Shown: in pieces, positions 20,894-31,593 of the stretch
Numbering within the stretch: position 1 is the first letter of the stretch
Layout: the number at the start of each line of letters is the position of its first letter
From: Promethearchaeota archaeon
GTDB lineage: Archaea > Asgardarchaeota > Lokiarchaeia > Sigyniarchaeales > SOKP01
Reading direction: 5' to 3'
DNA: 64,000 nucleotides
NCBI GenBank assembly: GCA_019894975.1
Contig: JAGXNO010000017.1
Location: 1 to 64,000, forward strand
The notes under the pieces: model-generated
The model's database searches: none
What the model was told of the DNA's origin: nothing
What the model saw: the letters and a program-made list of their open reading frames with translations, nothing else
Program-made: the position numbers and the translations under genes

Positions 20894-21094
20894 CGTTTTT
20901 CACTTAATTCCCAAGCCTTAAAAAAAGTCGAGAAGTCACATATTAATTCTATTATTCTATAGATGGTAAATTAAAAACTAATAAAAATAAGATGGCAAAT
21001 TTTACTCCTTTTTATTACATTCTATTAAGCATTATTTTATATTCTAAACTATCTAACTTAAATTAAAGCTAAATACTATAACCATGATAAAATC

Positions 21095-22314
21095 ATGAAA
21101 ATTAAACTCACCAAGACTTATAAACCACTAATTTTAACTCTAATTTCAATTTCATTACTATTTTCACTGACAGTTTGGTTCTCTGCGAACGCCATAACTC
21201 CTCAATTAGTAACTCTATGGTCTCTTAATCAAGCAGATCTTGCCATTTTAAGTATAATATTAATTATTGGATTTGTATTAGGAGGATTTGTTTATTCGGT
21301 CCTAAATTTACCCGATTTAGTAAAACCCCGATATTTTTTAGTATTAATGCGTTTTTATCAGCGTTAGGGAATTTACGGGCTGCTTTCTCGCCAAATTTCT
21401 TGACTTTTACTATCTTCCGTTTTCTGACGGGTTTCTTTTTAGCAGGAGTATATCCAACATCAATGAAATTGATATCTTCTTGGTTTAAAAGGAATCGCGG
21501 GTTGGCAATAGGAATATTATTAGGGGCTTTAACTGCAGGATCAGGATTACCTTATATATTTAATATTACTGGGATCCCAAATTGGCGCATTTTATTGAGT
21601 TTATCTTCTCTCTTAGCATTCTTAGGTGCTATTATAATTTATCTCTTCATTCAAGAAGGACCTCATCTAGTACCAGGGGCATAATTTCATTTATCAAATT
21701 TAAAAGATATTTTCGGTAAAAAATCGGTGAGACTTGCTAATTATTCTTATTTTGGACATATGTGGGAGCTATATGCATTTTAGGTTTGGATTCCGAAGTT
21801 TTTGCAGGAAGTTCACTCCCGTACTAGTCCAGGAATAGATGTTAATATCTATTTTTCCTTGGGTACTTTTCTGATATTTATCAGTGGAGCAGCAGGGAAC
21901 ATGATTGGGGGAAAGATCGCGGATAAAATAGGGAGATCAAAGTTCAATATCATTATGTTAATAATTAGTGGTTCAAGTTCATTGATAATCGGTTTCTTCC
22001 TAAATAATGCTCTTCTGGCCCTTGTTATAGCAATTATTTGGGGGCTTACAGTGGTTCCAGATTCTCCCCAATATTCTGCTATGATTTCAGAATTATCAGA
22101 TCCTATATATATTGGAACTGCATTAGCTAAGCAAACCGCACTAGGTTTTGCTATTGCTAATATATCAATCTGGCTTTTACCTGTTATGGTTGATTTAATT
22201 GGTTGGACTTTTGGATTTACATTTTTAGTGCTTGGACCATTAGCCGGCATTATTTCTCTACTAAAACTAAGAAAAGATCCTGATTCTCAAAAAATTGCCC
22301 AAGGAAAGAAGTAA
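21095..22314 (+). pseudogene. MFS transporter pseudogene (one frameshift, two nonsense codons)
   Basis: Missing T in run at ~21334-21339, TAA at 21682, TAG at 21781 within GHMWELYAF*VW; MFS motifs RFLTGFFLAGVYP, DKIGR, DSPQYS remain collinear. Confidence 0.85.
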
Positions 22315-22347
22315 CTTTAGTGAATTGTGTCTACACTCTGAAAGAAA

Positions 22348-22393
22348 GGCGACTAATTTTTTATAAATGAAACCACTTAAAATATAAGTCGCC
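22348..22393. promoter_or_regulatory. Inverted repeat upstream of Lrp paralogue 3 (operator or terminator)
   Basis: GGCGACT (22348-22354) ... AGTCGCC (22387-22393); arms extend to ~15 bp with 2 mismatches. Confidence 0.5.
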
Positions 22394-22441
22394 ATTATTT
22401 TTACATAATTAGAGTAATAAAATATTTCTTACAGATGTAAT

Positions 22442-22990
22442 ATGATATCAGAAAAATTAAAACTTGATGATATAGATAGGCAGATAATCTCCCTTGTACA
22501 AGAGAATCCAGCTCTCACACATACCGAAATTGCTACAAAAATAGATAGATCCCAACCTACGGTCGGTATGCGAATAAAAAAACTGGAAAAAAATGGTATT
22601 TTACAATTCCAACCCGGTATAAATTTCAAGAAAGTTGATTTACATTTAGCAACAGTTGAGGTGAAGACTAAAAATCCTAACCATATAATGGATATGGCTA
22701 AACACTGCCCATTTATGCTCAATGCTTTCAAACTTAGCGGAGAGCATAATCTTTGCATCCTTCTTGCCAGTTCTAAACTTCAAAAGCTTGATAATATTAT
22801 AAACTACCACTTCCGAAATAATCCAGACATTACAAACGTCTCAATGGAAATTGTAATTGACATAGCAAAAGATTTTATTTTACCGATTGATTTCGATTCA
22901 GAGGATCATGACCCTACGCTTGAGGATGGATGTGGTGAAAAGTGTAAGTACAGAATAGCCCAAGCAAAGGATATAGTTCCAAAAGCATAA
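22442..22990 (+). CDS. Lrp/AsnC-family regulator, paralogue 3
   Basis: SQPTVGMRIKKLE, CPFMLNAFKLSGEHN, CGEKC. Confidence 0.88.
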   Translation: MISEKLKLDDIDRQIISLVQENPALTHTEIATKIDRSQPTVGMRIKKLEKNGILQFQPGINFKKVDLHLATVEVKTKNPNHIMDMAKHCPFMLNAFKLSGEHNLCILLASSKLQKLDNIINYHFRNNPDITNVSMEIVIDIAKDFILPIDFDSEDHDPTLEDGCGEKCKYRIAQAKDIVPKA

Positions 22991-23137
22991 TTAGATCTTC
23001 TTTTTCTTTAAATATTTCCCTTATAAACCTTATTTCTTTAAAGAATGTACCTTTTAAAATTATTCTTTTATATAAAATAGAACTCTAAAAATAATTTGAG
23101 TGTTATACTTAAGACAATAAAAAAATAAGACTAATAT

Positions 23138-23707
23138 TTATTCGTCCTCTTCTTCTTGTTTGAATTTGAATTTTGGTAGATCTTCTACCATATTACAACC
23201 AGGTCCACAATATCTTCCATCAAAATTCTCAATCTGAAAATCTATGGGGACAACAAAATCATGGATGCTTTCTATTAAAATATTAGTCTTTACATTAATG
23301 ACATTCTTATCCCGTCTAAAGCATAAATCAATCAGTTTTTCAATAGTCTGCAAATCTGATGCCGCGATAAAGGCAAGAACGTTAAATTCGCCAGATATTT
23401 TGAAAGCGTGATTAATAAATGGGCAACCCTCAATCTTTTTGACGATTTGCTCTACGTCTTTGGTCGATATGTACACGATGGCAACCTTGATATCAACCTT
23501 TTTTATATTGAACCCAACTATTTTTGTAAGCAGATTTTTTCTTTCTAGCTTTATAATTCGAGCACCTACAGCAGGCTGAGATTTTTCAATTTCTTTCGCT
23601 ATATCGGAATGTGTGATGTCTGGATCTTTTTCGATCATTTCAATAATTTTTTTGTCGGATTCGTCTATTCCAAGCAAGTCGTTAAAACTCTTCTTTTTCA
23701 TATCCAT
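23138..23707 (-). CDS. Lrp/AsnC-family regulator, paralogue 4
   Basis: SQPAVGARIIKLE, CPFINHAFKISG, CGPGC, acidic tail. Confidence 0.88.
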   Translation of the reverse strand: MDMKKKSFNDLLGIDESDKKIIEMIEKDPDITHSDIAKEIEKSQPAVGARIIKLERKNLLTKIVGFNIKKVDIKVAIVYISTKDVEQIVKKIEGCPFINHAFKISGEFNVLAFIAASDLQTIEKLIDLCFRRDKNVINVKTNILIESIHDFVVPIDFQIENFDGRYCGPGCNMVEDLPKFKFKQEEEDE

Positions 23708-24009
23708 TTTTCCTTACTTTCCATTCAAATAATTACTAGCAAAAACACTTCGTTCCACATATTTATCTAAAAATAATGATAATATAAACTTATTTTTAAT
23801 AAACGAAAACACTAAAATTAAAACTCTTATTAATGATAAACTTAATTAGTGAAACTTTTTTAACTTATAACTTTCAAGGATTAAAACTGACTAAATTAAG
23901 GGATTCTTTTTTACAATAATCTAAAGTTCATAGTAAAAATTTTTAAATCTTTAGAAGGTAATAGTACAGAAGATTGATTTGAATAATATTTAAATATCAT
24001 TAAGAATGA

Positions 24010-26436
24010 TTGTTATTTTATATTATGAAAATTCACGTAGAAAAGGAGAATTCTAACATGAAAAATCAAAATATATTAAACTTTAATTCTCCCTTAGGAA
24101 GACAGGAGAGCGATTCTTCTGGTTCTCCAATTGGGGTTGTAAGGATGGATGTTAGCAAATCATACAACGGTGTTGGTGAATTGCTTCAGAAATATATTAA
24201 CGATTCCGATCAAGAAAGTTGGAACAAGATAAAAAGCAAAATTGATTATAATTACAATAATCTCGACTATGCTCTAAATTTCTTGGAGCAATCGACATCA
24301 TTTATCCATCAGATAAAGGAAAAAGTTGGAAAGGGTCAGAAACTTTTATTTAAACCTAATACTGTAAGCCCTACGTGTATTGACTCACAGACACATGGAC
24401 CTTCTTTCGGGAGCAATGTTTGTACAGATTGGGCATTTATTGCTGCGTTGATGAGATGGTTTCATGAAAAAGCAGGAATAAGTTATTACAGGATGATGCT
24501 TGGTGAGGCTGCTACTGCTCTCACTTCAGCAGCTAATGGATTTTCAAGGAATAACCCAGAGGAGAAGGTTATAACTCCTGAAGCAGTTCTCGAGGGAAAA
24601 TCAGGTGATTTTTATGGTGGTTGGGGTTTCTATTTTGCTCGTAAATATCTTTTAGAATCAATAAACGAAGGTGATAGTGAAAATCCTCTTAATGGGCATG
24701 AAGAAAGCATTAAAGGCATTTATTTACCTCCAGGCCATGTTTCCGATAAATTAATGGTTTATGATTTGAATCGTATTTATGACGATCCAGATAAGGGGAG
24801 GGAATGTGAAATACCAGATGGAGTGAATTATAAATCAATTACTCTTCATAAGGTTATAATCGGTGGTAATTCAGATGATCCAAAGGATATGAAAGCTTAC
24901 CCCGGAAGTATTATAATTAATGTCCCCAAGTTTAAAGTTCATGCTATTGCTCTATTCACGAACATCATAAAAAATTTAGGTATAGGTCTTTATCCTATGC
25001 AATATGCAAGTAAGGGGGATTATAAATGGGATTACGCTGGACCCCACAATACAACTATCGTCGGTATGAAATCATATATTCCACACCAAGTTTGGGTTTC
25101 AGATATAGACTGGACAAATTCCCTACCCAAGAAAGACACTGAAGGTGATTATATCATAAAAAAAACCGGTGGAATTATAGCTACAATGGTTGATATCATT
25201 AAAGCAGTGATCAATCAGGGCATCTTAATGTTTCATATAGTTGATGGCATTGAAGCTATTAACGTTGATCATCAAGGGGGTGGTTTAAGAACTGCAGAAG
25301 GTATGGTATTTGCGGGTTTAGATCCTGTTGCAACCGATCTCTTGTACGCTCGTTACATGTTTTCTAATGTTCCCCTCAAGGAGTCTCTTGAAGTTAAGTT
25401 AGAAGGAGGGACTGCTGATGGTTTTCCTCAAAAAGTTCCCATAGCCATACGGGATGGAAATAGTATTATAACAGATCAGGAATACGATTGCCCACTTTCT
25501 CGAGATTTTACATTTGAACGCGCAGAAAAAAGAGGATTAGGACAAAGAAGTTATCATGTTAGAGGTCATGATACTTTAACCGATTCTCCTATAATATCTC
25601 TAAAAGGACATTTAGGTTCGGTAAAAAATGACAATTTTTCAGATATAGTAACCAAATCTCTTTTCTATGATACTTTTAAGGTAGCTTGGGATCTACAGCG
25701 AACTGCTTTTAGCTATTTGGCTGTTGTAGATGAATTGGAAGGTACAAACTTAATGGAAGAATTTCTTCAGTTTTTTGATGAAGACAATGATGGTGTGGTC
25801 ACTTACGAGGAATTTGGAAAAAAAGGATCAACAACTTATACTCTCCATTTAGCTGCGAACATGGTCTCTTCGTCAGGTAAAGATAGATTGAGTATTTTAA
25901 AAGAATATTTTAAGATGATGAGTTCGATGTATAGATTCAGAGATAAACAGAATAATCCTGGTAATCACGATATAATGGCGGAAAGATCACTTAATACTGC
26001 CTTAAGCATTGCGTTAGGAATTTCTCGATTGGCTATAGACATTCCAGATCCTCTCACTCCGGGGGTTATCTATGGTAAAGGGAAATGGCCAAGTTTTAAA
26101 ATCACACAATATGTTGCAACTGGCAACTTGATTTATGGTTATGAATTCCCGTTTTCAATCGCTTTCCCTAGTCTTTATGGTAATGCTCTGTTTTACGCTG
26201 ACTTAACTCAGAATGGAGGACAATATGCTGATCCTATTCAACCGGACCTTCAAGCGGTTAATAAATATGTTTCTGATGTGACGAAAGGTGAGATTAAACC
26301 CCTGGACTTTGTTCTTTACGTACCCTCAGAATTTAGTACACTAGCAGGGGTAAAGGTTCCAAATCTTGAGATAACTGATGATCCTATGAGAATGTTCACT
26401 GCAAGTTTTCAAAATAGTGAGGAGATCTGGTCATAA
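24010..26436 (+). CDS. Large DUF362-like protein with an EF-hand-like loop
   Basis: LLFKPN, CTDW, INVPKFKVH, KNLGIG, IVDGI, DPVATD; DEDNDGVVTYEE; true start may be ATG 24058. Confidence 0.7.
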   Translation: MLFYIMKIHVEKENSNMKNQNILNFNSPLGRQESDSSGSPIGVVRMDVSKSYNGVGELLQKYINDSDQESWNKIKSKIDYNYNNLDYALNFLEQSTSFIHQIKEKVGKGQKLLFKPNTVSPTCIDSQTHGPSFGSNVCTDWAFIAALMRWFHEKAGISYYRMMLGEAATALTSAANGFSRNNPEEKVITPEAVLEGKSGDFYGGWGFYFARKYLLESINEGDSENPLNGHEESIKGIYLPPGHVSDKLMVYDLNRIYDDPDKGRECEIPDGVNYKSITLHKVIIGGNSDDPKDMKAYPGSIIINVPKFKVHAIALFTNIIKNLGIGLYPMQYASKGDYKWDYAGPHNTTIVGMKSYIPHQVWVSDIDWTNSLPKKDTEGDYIIKKTGGIIATMVDIIKAVINQGILMFHIVDGIEAINVDHQGGGLRTAEGMVFAGLDPVATDLLYARYMFSNVPLKESLEVKLEGGTADGFPQKVPIAIRDGNSIITDQEYDCPLSRDFTFERAEKRGLGQRSYHVRGHDTLTDSPIISLKGHLGSVKNDNFSDIVTKSLFYDTFKVAWDLQRTAFSYLAVVDELEGTNLMEEFLQFFDEDNDGVVTYEEFGKKGSTTYTLHLAANMVSSSGKDRLSILKEYFKMMSSMYRFRDKQNNPGNHDIMAERSLNTALSIALGISRLAIDIPDPLTPGVIYGKGKWPSFKITQYVATGNLIYGYEFPFSIAFPSLYGNALFYADLTQNGGQYADPIQPDLQAVNKYVSDVTKGEIKPLDFVLYVPSEFSTLAGVKVPNLEITDDPMRMFTASFQNSEEIWS

Positions 26437-26525
26437 ACTTAGAAAATAAGAGGGTGTTCAATCTTTAAGAGAATGTAATAAGTAAAATTAATGAAAATTT
26501 CATTTTTTCTTTTGTGATTGTGTTA

Positions 26526-27488
26526 CTAAAGTACATTGGTGAAGATATTAATGATTACGATTATAATGGTAAATCCAATCATTCCAATTATAAATTTTAT
26601 TGGATCTCCTTTTTCTTTTTCTGGAATGACTTCGCGAACAATTACATAAAGGATTACACCTGATATGATAGAATAGAAAATGAATAACATCTCTAAATTT
26701 TCAGGTAGAAAGGCATTAATCAGAATTCCTACCAAAATTCCTGTAATGGCAGAAGTTCCTAAGATATATTTCATGATGGAACCTTTCTCATACCTTATTT
26801 CTTCATAGATTTCTAAATCAGTAAAGATGATGTGCCGTTCTGATCTTTTAGATACAAGCGTCCTAAAAAAGGCGTAAAAGAAGAAAAGGATTCCTGGGAC
26901 TAATTCAATAATGAGTAAACCAACTAGAATTATTCCTACAAGAAAATGGTAAATATAATCAGTGATAAATCTAAATTTCTTTAAGTTTTCATTCATATGG
27001 TTCTGGATTTTAGTTTTATATTTATTTATTGCAATTTTCATCTCCTCTTCTTGAACATTTAGTTCTGACAGAGTTCGGGCTATATCTCTTAACGCAGCTT
27101 CATCGATTTCTTTATGGTTTAGTTCTCTGGTAAGTATCATTTCCATATTATGTTCTACAACCTCCAGAGTTTTTTCTTTTATTATGAGTTTTCGCATTTT
27201 TTTTTGGGTTCCCGCTTCAACTTTTTGCAAGTTGAATTTTTCGGTTAAGTGTATAAAAGTAAAACCAATTAAAACGAATAAAAATTCGAATAAAGTTAAT
27301 TCAAAAGGGAATTCTGGCAATCTTTCGGATATTTCGGGGAGTACAATAAGAAAGAAGTATACCACAGAGATACCAGCGATAAAAGAAGCATGCAATTTAA
27401 TAAATCTATTTTCAAAATAATCCGTTATAAAGAATAAACTGCCAAATACCAAAGCGAGAATAACAGCTATTACAACGTGATAAGCCAT
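26526..27488 (-). CDS. ZIP-like metal transporter with helical cytoplasmic insertion
   Basis: AGISVVYFFLIVLPE, YHFLVG, GVILYVIVREVIPE. Confidence 0.65.
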   Translation of the reverse strand: MAYHVVIAVILALVFGSLFFITDYFENRFIKLHASFIAGISVVYFFLIVLPEISERLPEFPFELTLFEFLFVLIGFTFIHLTEKFNLQKVEAGTQKKMRKLIIKEKTLEVVEHNMEMILTRELNHKEIDEAALRDIARTLSELNVQEEEMKIAINKYKTKIQNHMNENLKKFRFITDYIYHFLVGIILVGLLIIELVPGILFFFYAFFRTLVSKRSERHIIFTDLEIYEEIRYEKGSIMKYILGTSAITGILVGILINAFLPENLEMLFIFYSIISGVILYVIVREVIPEKEKGDPIKFIIGMIGFTIIIVIINIFTNVL

Positions 27489-27626
27489 TATTATTTTTAT
27501 TATTTTTAAAGGTTTTAAAGGTTTTAGGTAGAATCTATAAATTATCGGTTTAAAGTAGAAAATTATAAATCTTAAGTAAATTGTGATTAATAAATTGAGA
27601 AATGAAAAGGATTATGGTGAAATGTT

Positions 27627-28529
27627 ATTCAATTTTTAATTATCACATCATCTGAAGATAAAGCTTCAATGAATCTTCGTAATAGATTCTTAAGCTCGAA
27701 AATTTATAATTTTGAAGAAACTCAAATATCATTGCATGGAAATTCTGTCTATAAATTGATGAATTTCCCTCTAAATATTGAGAAACTTAACAAATTTTCA
27801 AAACTTGAGGTATTTCTTGGTTTGACAAATGAACCCCTCATTTTTTTAAATGATTTAAAATTAAATGAGACTAGATTAAATCCAGATTTTCTTATTTTTG
27901 CGAGTCGACATACATCTAAAACAGCCCAACCCGCATTTTTAGTACATACAACAGGAAACTGGACTAACAATGCGGACTTTGGGGGGGATCCTCAAGATCT
28001 ATCAGTAGCAAGTGCTTTACTCCTTAAAGCAGGATTTATGTCTTTACTTGAAAAAGATTTTTCATTAAGTCTTTCTGACTTTACAATAGAAATAGAGGTA
28101 ACTCACCACGGTCCAACAGTATTAAAAGTACCCTTGATATTCATTGAATTAGGAAGTAGTAAAACAGAATGGGAAATTTCTGAAGCAGGTGAATCAGTAG
28201 CTAATGCAATCATTTCAACAATTGTTAAATTTTTAGATTATAGAAATAGTAAAAATCAAGAAATAGGTTTAGGTTTTGGAGGAACGCATTATGCACCCAA
28301 CTTTCACAGATTAATAGAGAATAATGATATTGCAATGTCATTTATTTGCCCGAAGTACTATATTAAAGAGTTAAACGTTGAATTAATTTATAAAATGGTT
28401 AATAATACCATTGAACCTGTTGATTATTTTATTATTGATTGGAAAGGGACCAATTCAGAGGATAAGAAACATTTAATTCCAATATTGGAAGAGTTCGAAA
28501 TTCCTATTAGAAAAACAAAAGATTTCTGA
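27627..28529 (+). CDS. dtdA: D-aminoacyl-tRNA deacylase (archaeal DTD2); probable ATT start
   Basis: FASRH, HTTGN, EVTHHGP, FIELGS, GFGGTHY; conserved-looking QFLIITSSEDKAS precedes the ATG at 27669. Confidence 0.88.
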   Translation: MQFLIITSSEDKASMNLRNRFLSSKIYNFEETQISLHGNSVYKLMNFPLNIEKLNKFSKLEVFLGLTNEPLIFLNDLKLNETRLNPDFLIFASRHTSKTAQPAFLVHTTGNWTNNADFGGDPQDLSVASALLLKAGFMSLLEKDFSLSLSDFTIEIEVTHHGPTVLKVPLIFIELGSSKTEWEISEAGESVANAIISTIVKFLDYRNSKNQEIGLGFGGTHYAPNFHRLIENNDIAMSFICPKYYIKELNVELIYKMVNNTIEPVDYFIIDWKGTNSEDKKHLIPILEEFEIPIRKTKDF

Positions 28530-29414
28530 TCAATCCTGTTTTTTTTTTTTTTTTAATTCTTGAATCTTCTCGAAATATTTGATAAGGTTTTTAATTACAT
28601 AATGTGCGGGAGAGTATCCCTGGGTGGCAGTTTTAGTTAAAACTTTCGTTAAAAAATCTCGATGTTTACATTCTTCATTTAGTGAAACATTAAGTTCTCT
28701 TATATTGTAGAAACTCCGCCAGAATCCTGTTGGCCAATCCACAATAGGGGCAAGATAATTTCTGTACTTGATTTCTCCTTCTTTGCTCAATTCTAATTCC
28801 TTTTGTATTTCATAGACATTCCTATTATTCTTCTTTGTAATGTAGATTATGCCATCAGATCTTATTTCTTGCATCAATTTAGTTAACTCAGCTAAACCCA
28901 CATCATTTATATTAAGTTTCTTTAATGTACCAAGTATTTCTTCATCGGTTTGTCCTTTAAGTTTTATTACTGTATAATTTCTAGCTATAATGTTATATTT
29001 AATAGGAACAGTTTCATGATCTATCGCATTATATTGAATCAAATCTCCCAATATCTTTTTTGCCACCAAATATTTAAGAATAAGTTGATCATCCGGGAGG
29101 AAGTCCACTTTAAATAGGTCAGACTCAAAATAGGATTCGTATAGAATTTGTAATATGGATTTTATAGAATGAAATCCATCAACAAAAGCTTGTTCAACAT
29201 TTTTTAGTACATCAATCCTATAGTCAATTTCATTTAGGAATTTCTTTTTATCTAATGAAATTTGACGTATTAGATGAGGTTCTTTGTTTAATGGTTTTAA
29301 ATATTCATCCCATTTTGTCTTCAAACGATAGGATTGTGTTTTAGCTATATTTGATAACTTATGAACGACATCCAAAAGCTTTGTTAAGAATTCTTCTTCA
29401 GAGACTTCAGTCAT
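28530..29414 (-). CDS. Hypothetical helical protein, possibly with a winged-helix segment
   Basis: Long ORF with coding-like composition; no family recognised. Confidence 0.6.
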   Translation of the reverse strand: MTEVSEEEFLTKLLDVVHKLSNIAKTQSYRLKTKWDEYLKPLNKEPHLIRQISLDKKKFLNEIDYRIDVLKNVEQAFVDGFHSIKSILQILYESYFESDLFKVDFLPDDQLILKYLVAKKILGDLIQYNAIDHETVPIKYNIIARNYTVIKLKGQTDEEILGTLKKLNINDVGLAELTKLMQEIRSDGIIYITKKNNRNVYEIQKELELSKEGEIKYRNYLAPIVDWPTGFWRSFYNIRELNVSLNEECKHRDFLTKVLTKTATQGYSPAHYVIKNLIKYFEKIQELKKKKKQD

Positions 29415-29616
29415 CCACTAAGTACCTTACCCTTTTTACTTGAATTTTTTTTATTTAATTAATACTAGATTCCAACTATTTTTAAATTTTAGATAAAAAT
29501 TCTGCTTACAATAAATTGGAAAAATATTTTATACTAATTATTATCAATATATTTACTATTAAAATAACTTGAATATATCCCTAGTTATTATATGAGCTAT
29601 AAAAAAAAAGAAATTA

Positions 29617-30315
29617 TTAATCTTTTTTTAATTCAAATCCACAACTAAGACAGAATTTGTCATCTGACGATGGAATTTTTTGACCACATTCAGGACAAAA
29701 GCTAAAAGCCTCACTTGAAGTTGAAACTGCTGGAGGAGTTTCTTCTTCTGTTGTTGGTATTTCATTATTATCGGGAGTTGCATTTGTACTAATTGGAGTT
29801 ATTTTTACTTCACCCTCTCTTGTGGCTTTACTTATAATATAGCCTAAGAGCGTTAATCCACCTGCAATGAATGGAGCAATAACTGCAAACCCAGGATTTC
29901 TATGTTGCCAAAAACTTAAGTCTACTATATCAAAATTTATAAATCCATAAATTCTGAAAGCTACTTCTGCTCCCCCAATAAAAAAAATTGTTCCCCCAAT
30001 AAGCAGTATACTTAAAGCCAGCCATGAACCAGGTGCATCTACACCTCTGTGGGTGAGAGATGATATGAACAATATAATTGTACAAACTACTAGTACTACC
30101 ATACAGCTTATTCCAATGACCATTAATCCTGGTATATGAGTAATAAATCCGGGATCAGGATATCCCCCACCAACAACTAAATAAAAACCATGCATCCAAA
30201 ACAGTTCTGTTAAACCACCTGCAGGTAATGCTGCTGCAGGAGTGAAAAGTCCAATTGCTGCAACAATACTCCCGATAAAAGGTAATATCCAAATATAATC
30301 TTTAGTTTCTTTCAT
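29617..30315 (-). CDS. Four-TM membrane protein with C-terminal zinc ribbon
   Basis: Four hydrophobic segments, P/T/E-rich linker, FCPECG...FCLSCG. Confidence 0.75.
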   Translation of the reverse strand: MKETKDYIWILPFIGSIVAAIGLFTPAAALPAGGLTELFWMHGFYLVVGGGYPDPGFITHIPGLMVIGISCMVVLVVCTIILFISSLTHRGVDAPGSWLALSILLIGGTIFFIGGAEVAFRIYGFINFDIVDLSFWQHRNPGFAVIAPFIAGGLTLLGYIISKATREGEVKITPISTNATPDNNEIPTTEEETPPAVSTSSEAFSFCPECGQKIPSSDDKFCLSCGFELKKD

Positions 30316-30622
30316 TTATTTCAACTATTTTGTTAAATTTTCAATTAATGGATTTTATTATAAATTGAAATCTAAATTATGTTTAATTTTTTCTGAATTT
30401 ATATTTTACTTAATTGAAAGAGTTCATTAGAAATAATTCTTCAATTCATTTGAAACTTTCATTAACTGAAAATCATAAGAATCACTAAAAAAAAGTAAGA
30501 ATTATATTAATTTATATTAATCTTGGATTTAGTATCGTGATTTCAATATCTTCATGTTCATATGAGATTATTCCTTTTTGATTAAGTACTTCAGATATAA
30601 AAACTAGAGAAATTATTGAATA

Positions 30623-31066
30623 TTATCCCTCTTTTCTTAATTTTACATATGAAACTATGCAAAGAGAGAAGATCGTTATATAGAATATCGCCAATATTGT
30701 TAGTAATATGCTAAACTCATTTAGACTTGCGAGTAGAACGAAAACTCGAATAGATAACAAAATACCTATTCCTGTGAGTATATTGCAAAAGATACTTGGA
30801 GTTTTGCTGGTTCTTAAAGTAATCTGAAGTATACCTAGAACTACGTATGATACAACAGCAAATATCGTCACAAGAATTGTTAAAATGACCGCAAAAATAA
30901 CTATTAATAATCCTTCAAAAATATTCACAGTTTCATTAGGATTAATAAAGAGAAAGGAGTAGATAGTAGCACTACCTAACTCAATAAAGAATAGCACAAT
31001 TCGCAATATTGCAACGATAAAACATAAAATTCCCGCTGTAATTCTTAATTTTTCATGAAATTCCAT
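30623..31066 (-). CDS. Hypothetical four-TM membrane protein
   Basis: Hydrophobic throughout; GGTGA RBS. Confidence 0.65.
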   Translation of the reverse strand: MEFHEKLRITAGILCFIVAILRIVLFFIELGSATIYSFLFINPNETVNIFEGLLIVIFAVILTILVTIFAVVSYVVLGILQITLRTSKTPSIFCNILTGIGILLSIRVFVLLASLNEFSILLTILAIFYITIFSLCIVSYVKLRKEG

Positions 31067-31182
31067 ATTTTAATTCACCATATATTATTCTTTTTACTTG
31101 GATAAGTAAAAAATTAACTAAGATGTTAAATAAAAATATATTATTCATTTGTATTTAAATAAGTAGGTAAAGATTAGGAAAA

Positions 31183-31569
31183 ATGAAAGTTGAACACATA
31201 GCGGTAGGATACAACTCAGAGGAAGAAGCAGATAAGTTTTTTATTAATTTACTCGGTTTGAAAAAAGTTCGATCTAAATTAGTTGCCGCAGATTTAATGA
31301 ATGATTTCTTTGGTGTAAAAGATGAATATAAATTTATAATATATAGCAGTAATCAAGCTACATTTGAAGTTTTTATAACCAATGATAAAAGTAGAGCGCA
31401 AGATATTTTTACTCATTCTTGTTTATTAGTAGAAAATCGAGATGAGTTGTTAACCAAAGCATCTTCAATGGGATATGATGTAGTAAAAGTACCAAGAAAA
31501 GATGGTAATGGTTACTATCTTTTTATTAGAGATTCATTCCGAAATTTGTATGAAATAAAAGAAGAATAG
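31183..31569 (+). CDS. VOC/glyoxalase-family protein
   Basis: VEHIAV, THSCL, FIRDSFRNLYEI. Confidence 0.8.
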   Translation: MKVEHIAVGYNSEEEADKFFINLLGLKKVRSKLVAADLMNDFFGVKDEYKFIIYSSNQATFEVFITNDKSRAQDIFTHSCLLVENRDELLTKASSMGYDVVKVPRKDGNGYYLFIRDSFRNLYEIKEE

Positions 31570-31593
31570 TTAATATCAAACCTAGTTCGAATT

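Noticed and set aside
21682-22393. Stop-codon recoding or SECIS explanation for the MFS stops and the downstream hairpin
   Set aside because: Stops are TAA and TAG, not TGA; a frameshift is also present; the hairpin lacks a convincing SECIS core
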